This document shows positions 18,531-30,200 of a stretch of 64,000 bases of DNA, one piece after another. Origin of the DNA: Cyanidioschyzon merolae (lineage: Eukaryota); the NCBI GenBank assembly GCA_000091205.1, contig AP006492.2; one strand, 5' to 3'. The notes under the pieces are model-generated. The model was not told where the DNA came from and did no database searches. It worked only from the letters and a program-made list of their open reading frames with translations. Every line of letters starts with the position of its first letter. Within the stretch, counting starts at the first letter, position 1. Position numbers and translations under genes: made by a program.

Positions 18531-21500
18531 TTATGCTTTTTTGGTTCGACAGAACGTTTCTACTGACCATGCATCCCATGTTTCCGGGTCGATATTGGCT
18601 TTCGGGAAAGCGTCCATCATGTTGGACTACTTCTGCACGTTACATCGCTTTTGCTTACTCTCTGCTGTACTGGTCGTCTCATTTTTTCTATTGTGCGCCG
18701 GTTGCCTGCCATGAGCACCCGCCGTAGCATCTCTATCGCTGGTGCGGATGCGCTACGAAAACAGAACAGCTTTGGCATACCACTGAGCGCGTCGGAAGAG
18801 GCATTGTACAAGCGATACGGAATCAGGGCTATGTATATTTTTGGGAGCCTCCAATCTGGACAGGCTGACCTTCTGCCTGTGGTAGCGGGAAGCGGTATTG
18901 TAGGATTCCTCCGCAACCAAGGTGATGCCCAGACCCAGTATACGCGCTCCTAGTGCCAAAATCAAATGCGTTTCGGACGAGGTGCTCAGGTGCGTCACAT
19001 CACCCACCACCGCAGAGTCACACGGCGTACAAGCCGGTAGAGTCTCGCGGCTTGCAGACCTCGCGCCTAAAAGGCAACTGTTTGACCAAACGCAAAAACA
19101 TCCTGCTTTGAACGTTTATTGTAGATGGCAATAGAACTTGCTATTCCGTTTGTGGATATTGGTTAGTTTTCGGCATTTTCTATTTCGTGCGCCCTGGCAA
19201 CGCATCTCGGAATCTGGCCGTCACTTCACACGACGTTCTTCTCGCCGATGATGCGAAACGCGGTAATGACCTCTTTTGGAGCTATCGCTCTATCGGGGCC
19301 AGTTGTATTTGCGCTCGAATCGTAGAGAAGGATAGTTTCGGCTTCAATTGTGTTTCATACTTCATGTAAGGATATTTAAGTGATTTCAGCCGTTCAAAGC
19401 AGAAGCGTCCAATGTGTTCTCCCCCAAAAAACAAAAGGTAGACTCATGTAATTGGAAGTAGAGGGTTTTGGATGGCCGGTGTTGCCCGAAGTTAGAAGAA
19501 AACGAGGAACAGTGCCTCGCAAAGAGAAACAGGACAGGAAGAAGAAGCAAATGGGGGAGGCCTTTTGTCGATGGCTGCAAGAGTGACGTCTCTACGATGA
19601 GATGGTGGTGGAATCCTGTCTTCTTCGACGTATAAAGGATCCGTACGAGGGAGAGTTGCGAGACGCTATGAGAAACCGTGTCGACTTGTACTCCATGAGT
19701 ATTTCCAAAGCGTCGTCACGACTGATGCATTTGGCGAGGGAGATGTACGAAAACGTGGCGCACTTGGGAACGGCCGAGATTCCGGCGATTTTTTCGATAA
19801 GACCTTTATTCGACACCTGATGCTTGCCACAGCGGAAACGCGGAGGGAAAATGTGCTAGTCCATGGCCTTAACGAAAAACATCCCTTTTACAGGTTCGAG
19901 GCTACTCGATACAATGCTGACCGGGATATTTACATGTACGGAGCGATGAAGTATATCACGAACCTGAAGAATCTTTTGGCAGTGAACCTCGAACGTTTCA
20001 TGATACGCACCGTGTCTGCACACTGCCCGGGCATCTCTCGCAAAGGAGTATGGGCGATTATCAATGGCATCACGAACGATCGTAAGCGTGAAGATGAGGT
20101 CGAATTTGTCAGGGAGAAGGCGTCATGCAGGAGTACGAATGGACTTCTGTAATCCGTGCGGCTATACAAGAGCACCGCGCAGTCTTGGGGTTGGCGAATC
20201 CAACAGACAAGATGTCAGACTTGAAAAAGATAAGGAAAGATACTATCGCCTCATCCTGCACTATTTCGTGTTTTTAGACCGTGAACTCGAACGCAAGGCA
20301 GCGATGAAGCTGAGTGGGGAAAAAATGAAGAGTTGGGGAGACGGAAGGCGGCCATAGTAGGGAAGCGCTTCAACGTGGTTCCAATGCGCAACATCAAGTC
20401 ACAATTTGTCACCATCGACTCCAGAACCCTTCATGGCATCATGAGAGAGATCAGTCCCGAGTTCAATGTTAACAGGGCGGAGGTGACCCGTGAAACCCGC
20501 GAGACGCACTGGAAGAATCCCTTCGATTTCAAACGTCACAAAGTCAGCAAACAAAAGAAATTCACCGGGATGATCGAAACCGATGGATTAGCCATGTGTG
20601 TACACTGTCGGCGGTTGAAGGCAAATCGTCAAGTTCCGTCTTCGATATTGCCCGTTACGAAGCATGAATATGAGAAGGAGGCGGATCCTGCGATACAGAA
20701 ACTGCAGGATAGCGACTTTGTCGTCGGCCTTAACCCCTGGAACACAAACATTATAACCATCGCTGTACTAAAGCGTCCGGAAGATTGCACCGACGGCAAC
20801 TTACGTCAGAAATATATGCGTCTTCTGAGGTTCTCGAGAGCAATATACAATGGAGAATCCGGTATGATCAATGCAAGGAAGAAAATCGAGACTTGGACTT
20901 CAGGAATGAAGGATCAAATGGAAGCTTTGAGCGAGGTGACGAGCCGCGGAGCGGACTTTGAAGCTTTTCTGAAATTCATGGAAGTTCGCATTGCGCATTG
21001 GGATGCGCTGTAGGAGGAGTATACAAAGCCTCGGTGGGCTCGTTTGCGTGTGAACTTGTACTGCGGGAAGCAGCGTGCATTCGCGAACTTTTTGAATGAA
21101 TTGAGTGCCTTGAAGAAGGATGAAAGTCAGAGGCTCGTAGTATCGTATGGGGCAGGACGCTGGGCGTCGAAGAAAGGGACTACACGTGCTCCAACCACAA
21201 GACCGTACAGGGAGTGTGCACGACGCTTCGTTACGATACCGATAGATGAGCTCCGAACATCGTATACTCACCATGAACTGGGACGTACACCTCAAAAAGT
21301 CGAGATGGAAAAGTGTCAGCAGAGCCCTGAGGATATAAAAAAGTACGGACCGCTGACGGAGGAGCAAATGGAAAGGAAGACGAAAGTTCGTGGACTCCTT
21401 GCATTAGTAAGTACAACCAATAATGGCAAGGAACGTATGGGGTTTGTGAACCGAGACTTTAACGCCGCCATCAATATCAGGAGATGCCCTGTGATGGAAA

Positions 21501-21718
21501 AAAAAAGACCCCCAGAGTCGACACGAGAGAGAATTCTGTTGGACAACCACCCAAAGTGGAACTATATGAGAAAAAGCTGGAATAAGTCGTACGTGGCCGG
21601 TCCAAAAAAACTGGGAGGCGTCTGCACCTCAGTTCCAAACGTTCTGACTAGGGCGCGTTTGCCGCCACTGCTGTACACCGCTGGCGACGTTCGACTTTAG
21701 AACAGCGTTGATGGTGCT
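18515..21718 (+). mobile_element. Fanzor/TnpB-like element, copy C
   Basis: Collinear with A and B across leader, ORF and 3' block. The right end (...gcgacgttcgactttagaacagcgttgatggtgctgcg) is shared with fragment E up to ...gttgatg(g/a)tgct and ends within about 4-8 bp of the WD40 gene ATG (21722). Confidence 0.65.
19551..21700 (+). pseudogene. Fanzor/TnpB-like RuvC nuclease pseudogene (copy C)
   Basis: ATG at 19551 (caaATGGGGGAGG). In-frame TGA at codon 12. Frameshifts near 19815 and 20100, plus the family-wide -1 junction at about 20320. In-frame TAG at 21011-21013 (copy B has TGG). The C-terminal part is continuous: IDELRTSYTHHELG...GKERMGFVNRDFNAAINIRRCPVM (RuvC-III). Confidence 0.6.
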
Positions 21719-21721
21719 GCG

Positions 21722-23482
21722 ATGAACCGCGTCCTCCTTGATCGTCTCTTTCCTTTTGTTCGAGCGCAGGTTCCGGAACAAGTCGAGTTCTCGCTGAGCG
21801 AGCACGGTACGGGTCGTTGTTTCGCTTTTACACCGCTCTACGGGAACGTTCTTGCAGTCGGACTCGCTGACGGCACCATTGCGTTATATGACCTCGTAAC
21901 GAGAGCGCTTGCCAAAAAGCTCTACGGACACACGAGCGACGTGTTCTCGCTAAGCTTTGTGCCACGCTCTACCTGGCTGTTGAGTACGTCTCTGGACGGC
22001 AGCCTGCGCCTTTGGGATGTATCTCAGCTGCGCTGCATTGTCTGCGTGCGCTTCGAGGCACAACTTGCGAGAGCTTCCGCACATCCACGCTTTCGGCAGA
22101 ATCGCCTGTGTTGCGTCTCACAGACTGGCCAACCGGTTCTTCTGGTACAGCTGCCTGTCGAACCAGGAGAGTACCATGTGACTCAGTGCCCGTCTGTTTG
22201 GGTGCTGTGGTCGGGCCCCGCATCCACGCTGACGATGAGTGCGCAGGAGCGGACTCCGACTGAGACTTTACAAGTACCGGAGTGTGCACACGTCCATGCT
22301 TCAGACACCGAGGACGGCAACTCGGTCTGTACGCGGAACTCGGATGCGCTCCCACCGGTACCTGAACGTGCACCACTGCTTCGAGAGCTCGGTACGCACG
22401 GCGCTGTGGAGTTGCCGCCGACGCTGACGGGAAGCATCACGATGCCAGTAGCGTACTTGGCTGCTGAATTCGACCCCACTGGTGCCTACATCATCACACA
22501 TGCTGCAGAGCAACCTGGTCTCTTGAAGGTTTTCAAGATCGAGCGCGCTACAGAGGCAGGCTCGGGTCCGAGGCTCACCGTTCACTGTTCCGCATCGTTC
22601 GCACTGCCGCCCCGTGCATTCGTGAAACAAATACAATTTGCTGAACGAGGGGACCTGTTCCTGGTTGTGGCGCATGATCGAATTGTTCGGGTTTTTGAGT
22701 GGAAACCGTTCGAACCGAACAAAGTAAGACTCTGGCGAGAGCTGAAAGATCGCGTTTCCTCAGTACAATGGCGATGGGCTGCATTCGCGAGCCACGACGA
22801 ATTTCTAGTTGCTGGAACAGCGGCAAGCGCTGACCATCGCCTCTATATTTGGGATCTGAAGGCGAATCAATTAGTGAAACAATTGGATGGGCGCCCCAAA
22901 GAGTCCCTCAGTATGCTAGCGTACCATGCGAATCTTCATGCACTGCTAGTCCTGGTGTATCAGAGTGGCTCCATTCTTGTCTATCACAAGACCGTAGCGG
23001 AGAACTGGAGTGCATACGCACCATCATTTCGAGAAGTATCTGAAAATGTCGAGTATGTGGAGGCAGAGGATGAATTCGACTTTGACCCCGACGGGAGCAG
23101 CGTATATGATCGCCGTCGTCGCAAACATTTCGCTCCAGCTGATGAGGATGCTACCGTGGTCGACATAACCGGGAGGCTCCCCGATTCTGATCCTGGATAC
23201 CAGCGATTCGCGGAAGCCGGCTGGAACGCGTCGTCATCGTCGTCCATGTCGTCGTCCAATGAGGAGCTGCTCTGTCTACCGGTAGACATCCCGCTGGATC
23301 TACCTCCGTTAGCATCAGAGGCTTCCTGGATCGGCGAGTATCGCGCGCTACGCAGACACGAATCGGAACAGCAAAGCTGCAGCGCAACGACGCTTCGACA
23401 AGACGATGCGTCGGCAGGTACCTCAAGTCAGGCAGTCATGCGCACTGTACGTGATGATCCTGCCGGCCAGCTGGCCAAATAG
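21722..23482 (+). CDS. WD40-repeat protein
   Basis: 586 aa. It contains GLADGTIALYDL...GHTSDVFSLSFVP...STSLDGSLRLWDV and a later ...DHRLYIWDL, which are typical WD repeats. No further family assignment. The start codon abuts the element C terminus. Confidence 0.7.
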   Translation: MNRVLLDRLFPFVRAQVPEQVEFSLSEHGTGRCFAFTPLYGNVLAVGLADGTIALYDLVTRALAKKLYGHTSDVFSLSFVPRSTWLLSTSLDGSLRLWDVSQLRCIVCVRFEAQLARASAHPRFRQNRLCCVSQTGQPVLLVQLPVEPGEYHVTQCPSVWVLWSGPASTLTMSAQERTPTETLQVPECAHVHASDTEDGNSVCTRNSDALPPVPERAPLLRELGTHGAVELPPTLTGSITMPVAYLAAEFDPTGAYIITHAAEQPGLLKVFKIERATEAGSGPRLTVHCSASFALPPRAFVKQIQFAERGDLFLVVAHDRIVRVFEWKPFEPNKVRLWRELKDRVSSVQWRWAAFASHDEFLVAGTAASADHRLYIWDLKANQLVKQLDGRPKESLSMLAYHANLHALLVLVYQSGSILVYHKTVAENWSAYAPSFREVSENVEYVEAEDEFDFDPDGSSVYDRRRRKHFAPADEDATVVDITGRLPDSDPGYQRFAEAGWNASSSSSMSSSNEELLCLPVDIPLDLPPLASEASWIGEYRALRRHESEQQSCSATTLRQDDASAGTSSQAVMRTVRDDPAGQLAK

Positions 23483-24763
23483 TTTTCAAGTAAACGCTCG
23501 AATTGATCGAGTGTGGCTCTATGAGCAACAGGCATTGCCAAGAATTTACTTCGATGTCGAAGAAAGGTCGTGACCGACGCTCCATACGTTGCTTCCACAA
23601 AGTCCGGATGCTCCCGTATACTTCCCGTTACCGATTTGCTTTTTCGTGTGCCTGTTACAGTTTTCCTTTTCAAGTCATGGATGCTTTGTTCATACCAAGC
23701 AACCGAATTCGAAGCCGGCATACGCAAAGGCAATGGAACGCCCAACAATCCCGGGTCGATTTCCATGTGCATCAGTTGCTGGAGCTGGACCGCAATCTTG
23801 CACTGCATACGCACAGGCAACTGGTTCACGAAGTGCGCAAGGATTGTTTAGAAAATCGTGTCAACATATCGCCAGTCGGAGGACCTCGAGGCCGGCAAGC
23901 ATCACTAGCCGCACCTGAAGCGAAAGGTTCCTGAATCCGTGGGCTAGCATCCATCCATTGACGGCGGACAAGTGATCACGATCCACGACAAGCGCGCTCT
24001 GGAATCGAACAGAGCACACTGCGCGACAAATGGTCGTCCAGTAGACAACTTTTCTGCGGCTTCGAGATCGCTTTCTAGAAACGTTCACCTGGTCCTCGAG
24101 AATGGCGATGAGGTCCGAGAAACCGGCTTTGGATTCCTTAGGACTGTACGTGCCCAAGCGTCACCTTGAGAGAAACAAATCGGAAACTTCAAGAATTCAT
24201 GATTCGAGCATGCTACGCGTAACGACCGGACAGCTCATGAATCCCATACGTATGAATCGGGAAATGATCGGGCTCATTTTACACACGCTGCTTCACGGGC
24301 GTCACGGAGCATCCTGATGCTGGCGATGTACCACACAGTCCGGCGGTAAAGAGGCGAAATCGCCACTTTGGAAAGACAAATGTGCAGACGAATTCACTGC
24401 GTAAATGCGTAAGCCGTTCATGTTGCACTTTGAGTGTCGAGGCTGAATATATAGGAAAGCTTAGCGCCGAAATCGAAAGCCAAGAACTGAACGACTATTT
24501 CAGTGCTCTATTTCCCTCAGAAATGGAGGCATCAGACGCTACCGGGCGAAAACCTGGTAGCGATTTGACCCATTTGCATGCCGAGCTTTGGCGGTAACCC
24601 CACAAGTCCTAGCACGCTCCTGTCGCACGCTCCGCAGTACATCATGAAGTTCGTCTCTCGATACCGGATGCCTAGAGCGCGTTCACCTGCACAGTGGCGC
24701 AGAGCAAGATTCATGTTCATGATCCAGTTGAATCACGTCACCAAGCGCATACGTGGTGCATCC

Positions 24764-27220
24764 TCAGGCCACCAGGTCCGTCTGCAGGGCACGGCGATAC
24801 CGTCCCAGGGCCCAAATCGCAAAAACCGTCTCGTAGTTGTACGTGATCATGCAGTTGCGATTGAAGACGCCCCTGATAAGCTGCTGATCCCACGAGCCAT
24901 CGCTTGTGCGTTGTGCGGACATGAGCACACGCGCTGCACGGTGGACAAGTTCCCGTTGTTCCGGACCGCGTTGATACCAACGCGCCGCGAGCAGCGTCAT
25001 CAGCGCCCAGGCGGTGTTGACTGTCTGTATTTCGGGAGAATGGTGCCAACGTTTCTTGCTGCAGCTCTCAAAGGTCTCGCCCCAGCCACCGAGACCGCTG
25101 GGGTGCTGGTGCTCTTCCAGGAACTGGCATGCGCGTTCCAGCGCTGGACACGAGTCAAGTCGCTCACCGGCGTCTACGAGCGCCTCGACAGCGAACCAGG
25201 TACCGTAGGTGAAGCACACACCCCAGTTCCCGTACCAGCTGCCGTCAGGTAGCTGGATTCGCTTCATGAATTGGACACCCCGCCGGATTGCTGTAGCAAT
25301 CTCAGCAGTCCGCGGATGATTCGGATAAGCTTTCAGAAAGACAATGAGCGTGCGCACACAAGCACTCGTGCACTCTACGTGATCCCAGTCAATCATAATA
25401 TCACTGAAGACCTCGCTTGGATTCAGGTATTCAAGCCACGGATAGCTGCGGGTGTTCTCATACGTTGCCCAACCGCCGGACGGGTTCTGGAAGCTCAGTA
25501 TCACGTTCACCGCATCGAAGATGCGCTCGTCGTTGATCGGTGGCTCCAGAAGCGCCTCCTTGCCGCGCTCTCGGAAGAGCGCACGAATGGCTAGCACGGC
25601 GCGAAGACCTTCGGCGGTGCAGTCGGAGATGGGCCACCCATGATCCCTGGTACTGAAGGGCCAGGCCCCCTTGCTGATATGACGATAGAAACGAGCCGCT
25701 TCCGGAACATCCTCGAGAACCTGAGACATCTCGAGGTAACGCCAGCAAGCGAGAAGCACGCGCTCCAGGCACGAGTCTGTGTCGAGAAAGAGGTCGGCGC
25801 TCTCTGCGTATGCCTGTGCGGCAAACGCCGTATCCCACAGCTGCGACCCATTATAGCCCTGCATTTTCATTCCGTCCTCAGCTACCCAGAGATAATCTTT
25901 CACTCGATCTTGATGCGCTCGAAAATGTGCTTCCGCGTCAGACGAGGTGCGATCATACCAGGCAACGAGCATGTTAATGGCCTTATTCACAGGACCGATG
26001 CAAATCCATTTGGTGTTATAATCCTCCTGACGCACCTGGAGCAACGTCTCTTGCAGGGCTCGCGGCCGAAGCCACCGATCACGTAGACGACGAATAAGCG
26101 GGTTGTTGCTCCACTCGTACACATAGAGCACATCCCAGAGCCATTTCTGCACTCGCGGACGATGCGTATACTCATCCAACGAGCTGCAGACGTGTCGGTA
26201 CCGCGGCCAATCAATCTGATCATAAGGCTCAATGTACAGCTCCTCACGCAATGCAAGCACGAGCGGCGTTTCTGGACCACTGGCACGCTTTCCGTATATG
26301 TGGCTCATGGGTAGGTACACCACCCGACAGTGGCACCAGTAGCGTGCCGGCATAATCGGATTTGCGAACCAGCCAATCGCCGGACGGGTGCTACCCGTAG
26401 GATCACCGCTTCCGTACGGCAGCAGCCACATCTCCGGAGTCAGCGGATTCATGCCTCGCCAACTGTAGCAACCAAGGCAGGCCAGCCAGAACTTGCCCCA
26501 GGACGGTGTCATAACAGCACCACCGTGTTCATGAATAAAGCGGCGAGCGGAGACCAGCGGCTCCTCGGAGGCCTCCATACCCAGCAGACGCAGCGCAACA
26601 TAGTTCAGCACAGTACCAAACATTCCCGAGGGCGCTTCAATGTGAAGTCCCCAGCCACCATCCGGATTCTGCATGTTCAAGAGATAACGACGCATTTCCA
26701 CACGATAGGGCTCAGGCAAAGCGGTGCGAGAGATATAGCACACAATCAACAGACCAGGCAAAAGAAACATAGGTCCGCCGTAGTCACCGGGCCAGTGTCC
26801 GTCGGGTTGCTGCAGTCGAGCGTACCAACAGAAGCCTCGCCACAACGTCGCGTCAAGCTCACCTAGCGTTGCTGCTTTCGCATACTCCTCAGAGAGTTCC
26901 GCGTTGCTCAGCACGCCCTGGGCACGCAAGAGCGCTTGGATCCTATATACCTGATCCGCTGCCTGTTTTCGCTCAAATCGGTGCTCGTGGAAGGTCCTTC
27001 TGGCCTCCTCGATGAGCGCAGCTTCCTTTGCAAGCGCTGGGTCATCAAGGTTCGTCTCTGCGTCACTGGTCGAGAAAGTCCACCATTGCCTGCCGTGGTC
27101 GCTGTGCAAGCGCCACATGCTCCGTGACAGAGTGACGCTAAACAGAGACACGCTACGAGACGAGGCACTTACGCCCCGAGCGACCTTTTTTGTCGGCGCT
27201 CGTGCTCCGCTTGCAGCCAC
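24764..27220 (-). CDS. CAS: Oxidosqualene cyclase, cycloartenol-synthase type
   Basis: 818 aa single exon. QW repeats and DCTAEG active-site motif (RDHGWPISDCTAEGL). Diagnostic residues by A. thaliana CAS1 numbering: MKMQGYNGSQLWDTAF (Tyr at the 410 position; lanosterol synthases have Thr) and DHGWPISD (His477/Ile481-type). The probable true start is the conserved MWRL at about 27118; the 34-aa upstream in-frame extension is uncertain. Stop is TGA. Confidence 0.9.
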   Translation of the reverse strand: MAASGARAPTKKVARGVSASSRSVSLFSVTLSRSMWRLHSDHGRQWWTFSTSDAETNLDDPALAKEAALIEEARRTFHEHRFERKQAADQVYRIQALLRAQGVLSNAELSEEYAKAATLGELDATLWRGFCWYARLQQPDGHWPGDYGGPMFLLPGLLIVCYISRTALPEPYRVEMRRYLLNMQNPDGGWGLHIEAPSGMFGTVLNYVALRLLGMEASEEPLVSARRFIHEHGGAVMTPSWGKFWLACLGCYSWRGMNPLTPEMWLLPYGSGDPTGSTRPAIGWFANPIMPARYWCHCRVVYLPMSHIYGKRASGPETPLVLALREELYIEPYDQIDWPRYRHVCSSLDEYTHRPRVQKWLWDVLYVYEWSNNPLIRRLRDRWLRPRALQETLLQVRQEDYNTKWICIGPVNKAINMLVAWYDRTSSDAEAHFRAHQDRVKDYLWVAEDGMKMQGYNGSQLWDTAFAAQAYAESADLFLDTDSCLERVLLACWRYLEMSQVLEDVPEAARFYRHISKGAWPFSTRDHGWPISDCTAEGLRAVLAIRALFRERGKEALLEPPINDERIFDAVNVILSFQNPSGGWATYENTRSYPWLEYLNPSEVFSDIMIDWDHVECTSACVRTLIVFLKAYPNHPRTAEIATAIRRGVQFMKRIQLPDGSWYGNWGVCFTYGTWFAVEALVDAGERLDSCPALERACQFLEEHQHPSGLGGWGETFESCSKKRWHHSPEIQTVNTAWALMTLLAARWYQRGPEQRELVHRAARVLMSAQRTSDGSWDQQLIRGVFNRNCMITYNYETVFAIWALGRYRRALQTDLVA

Positions 27221-30200
27221 GACTGGAGGCGTTCGTGGCCGGAAACAGCGGCGATTGCAGCGCCGGCTTCGGAGCCAACGCTCCTGAGGAGCATCGCTGC
27301 ACGAAGAATTCGCAGGGTGCTTTGAGGCATTCGCTAGACGCGTGACATGTTGAAGGGATGTGCTCAGCAGTCCAGGAGCGTGGAAGATGGTGTTCGTTCA
27401 ACAACCGTCCAGGATACCTGGGCGTGCTGCATGTATGAGGCGCTTCAGCTGTGCTGAATCTCACTGATCTGTTTTGTACCAGTGGCTTGGATTCCAGGCG
27501 AGCATGCGATCCGCCAGCTCTTCTGACTGCTCATTTTTGTTTATCACAGCCCTTCAATGATACACCATGATGTTTCTAGTGAATGCTGAGGAGATTCCCG
27601 GAATGTTCATGCCACAAATAAGCGACTGGACTGTCATACCGCGCTGCACATATCCAGATGTTGATCTGGGCATGCAACTCGCGGAGCAGGGCATGCTTGC
27701 GAGCCCGTTGCTACAGGGTGGAATCATCCCCAAGCGGGTCTTTCACCCTCATTTTTCTTCGATATCTGGCATTCACTGAGCTTACCGTACACCATCTCTC
27801 GCATTCGGCTCTGTTTTACTGGCTTCTTCTCTTCCAGTTTCAGCGCGTACCCGTGCTCGTGTCGGATATGTGTCGTCCCGTATGCATTGAAAAGGATTTC
27901 GTACAGAATCGATTTCCGCACTCGTCGCAAGCGCTCTGCGATGGTCTCCGAGTCCAGATCTTGGGCGCTACTGCAGGTCTTTCGCCACAGGCTGCAAAAC
28001 TAGAAGGTGACGTCTCGGTTATTTCCGTCTGCGACTCATTCAACAGATTGACGACCTCCGTTCGCGTTCTGATGTACTCCAGTCGACTATCGTCTTCGTG
28101 AGCCATTGAGGTGTTCACGTACGATCTGAAGCGAAGAATCTCTTCCGTCGCATCGCGATTTTCGGGAACGCGAAGGTGAGGCTGCGAACCCAGCAGTGTG
28201 TGCGCTCCATAAAGCGTCGAACGTTGACCTGAATTTTGTTCTTGTTCTTAGGGTTGGCTGCAGACCTGTTCGCACGTTGGCAGTGAAAAGCTTTCTCAAT
28301 CCATAAAGTTGCGCGGCAACACGTTGAGGACATCTCTGAAGCATTTGTGCAAATACGTAAATCTGCTCTCAGATCGTATTGAATCCTCTGTCCCGCGTAT
28401 CGACTGCCTTGCGACACCAAGGTTTGATCGACGCACTCGAAATGAACGTGAACAGCTGACAGGCCAGCGTCCGGAACGCAGACGAACAGTTGCTTGGAGA
28501 CGTCCATAGAGACTGGGGTGGAAGACGTGTTTTCGAAGCTCGATTTTACTGAAAACTGCGTCACAAATGCGAACGTCCCTTCTATATCTATGTATTCGTG
28601 AGCGTCAAAACGGGGTTTTTAAACAAAAATGACGCCTTCGACTGCACTGAACAAGGCAGCACATACTGGAAAAAGAGCAGCGAAACGCCGATGGCGGCTG
28701 CGTGTTTCTTAATGGCTCTTTGAGGAACGGAGTGCAACGCGATCCAATAGCAGGACAGAGGAATTCGGGTTGGAAATGCCCCGAAGCGTGCTTCGGAAAA
28801 GGACGACGTTTTGGACGATTCTGCGCGTTTGGCGATTCATTGGCAACTACACCGCTGAGTCGACGCAAGGGCTCATGTCGTCGTCACGCTTGCTTGTTCC
28901 TTCTCTAAGAGCAGCTGTTCGGGCTGCTGTGAGTACGACTGCGAAGGTTTTATATGCTTCACCATAAAGTGGAATCGGCTGAGACGGATATTCGTGGCTC
29001 CTCTGATACGCATTCGGGTCTCGGTACGAAATCGCAAGTGTGTAGCTCAGCGCATGATTTTCTCCCATCGAAGCACTCTTCGTCCTGTGCACGTCCGTTT
29101 CGATGTAACTCCATTTGTATCAAATGTGCGGATACATCGCATCCTGTGTCGTCCTTGATAGTTTGGCAGAGAAAATGTACGCGTTTGACTGGATTGACGG
29201 GCGGGAGTCGTCCAGATACCAAGTTATAAGTTCTGGCTTGTGTGCAAGAATTTAGGGATCAGGACCATGAAAAGCCCGATTCATGTACGAGCTTACGGCA
29301 GAATAACTATACATAAGACGCAAAGGCTGTTTTGTCGCAAGCTGATCGTAACAACGTAAATCTATCACGGGAAGTTTGCCCAGTCTGCATGATCCATTGC
29401 TATTGTTCAATGTCCGCGACAGAAACAAACGATCAACAAGGATTTGCTGATCAAGATGTTCCAGAACTTGCTGCTCTGAATAGGATGCCCAATGCCCCTG
29501 TGCGGGGTGATTCGAAAAGGACACGATCTATTCAACAAGGACGTGGACTCAAGGTACGCTTCGGGTCGTGCTCAGTGCTGCTGTCGCCCAAATTAACAGA
29601 GCGCGACGGACGTTAGCTATTGCAGCATGCTGCACCTCAAAAAGACGATACGCTGTCTCGAGTGATGACATGAATGAGACCTGCGTCTTTTGTCGTCGTT
29701 TTTTCCCAAGTGATCCAACACCAGAGGATGCTCAGGGACTGAATTTGCGACGGGAGCGCCGTTCTGTCTGGAGACAGTCACCGCAACTTTACAAGATCGA
29801 TTGTATCTGTGTGCCCTGGAGAGCTACGACCTAAATTGCTGTGGAATACGCATGCTTCCGCGGAAAAACATGGGTTGAAGCAAGCTTACAACCGGCTGTC
29901 TTGCACTAGGTGGGGTCCGATTTGTTTCGTGCATTTAGCGCCAAAGAATTCTCACCACGTCGCACAGCGTTCCCTACGCTGCCCGGATTAGATACACACA
30001 GCACAAAGCCGAGTCTTTTGGGGTGAGCATCGGATGCGAGGCTGCTTCACACATTTGCGCATAGCATAGAGGTTTGGGCCCTAACGCCACTGGTGTCGGG
30101 AGAGCTAGCTTCATGCCACAGTCCATTCCTGACCTCCCGCTCTGGTGAACTCTTCGATGAGCGGAGCACGCGGCCGTCAGAGCAGCCTCGGTGCCGGTTC

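Noticed and set aside
24578-25252. 224-aa plus-strand ORF and other ORFs overlapping the oxidosqualene cyclase on the opposite strand
   Set aside because: They are fully nested antisense to a very well-supported 818-aa CDS and have no homology signal. They are typical long antisense ORFs in GC-rich coding DNA. The same reasoning applies to opposite-strand ORFs inside the 1235-aa, 736-aa, NOT2, MerA and AK genes.
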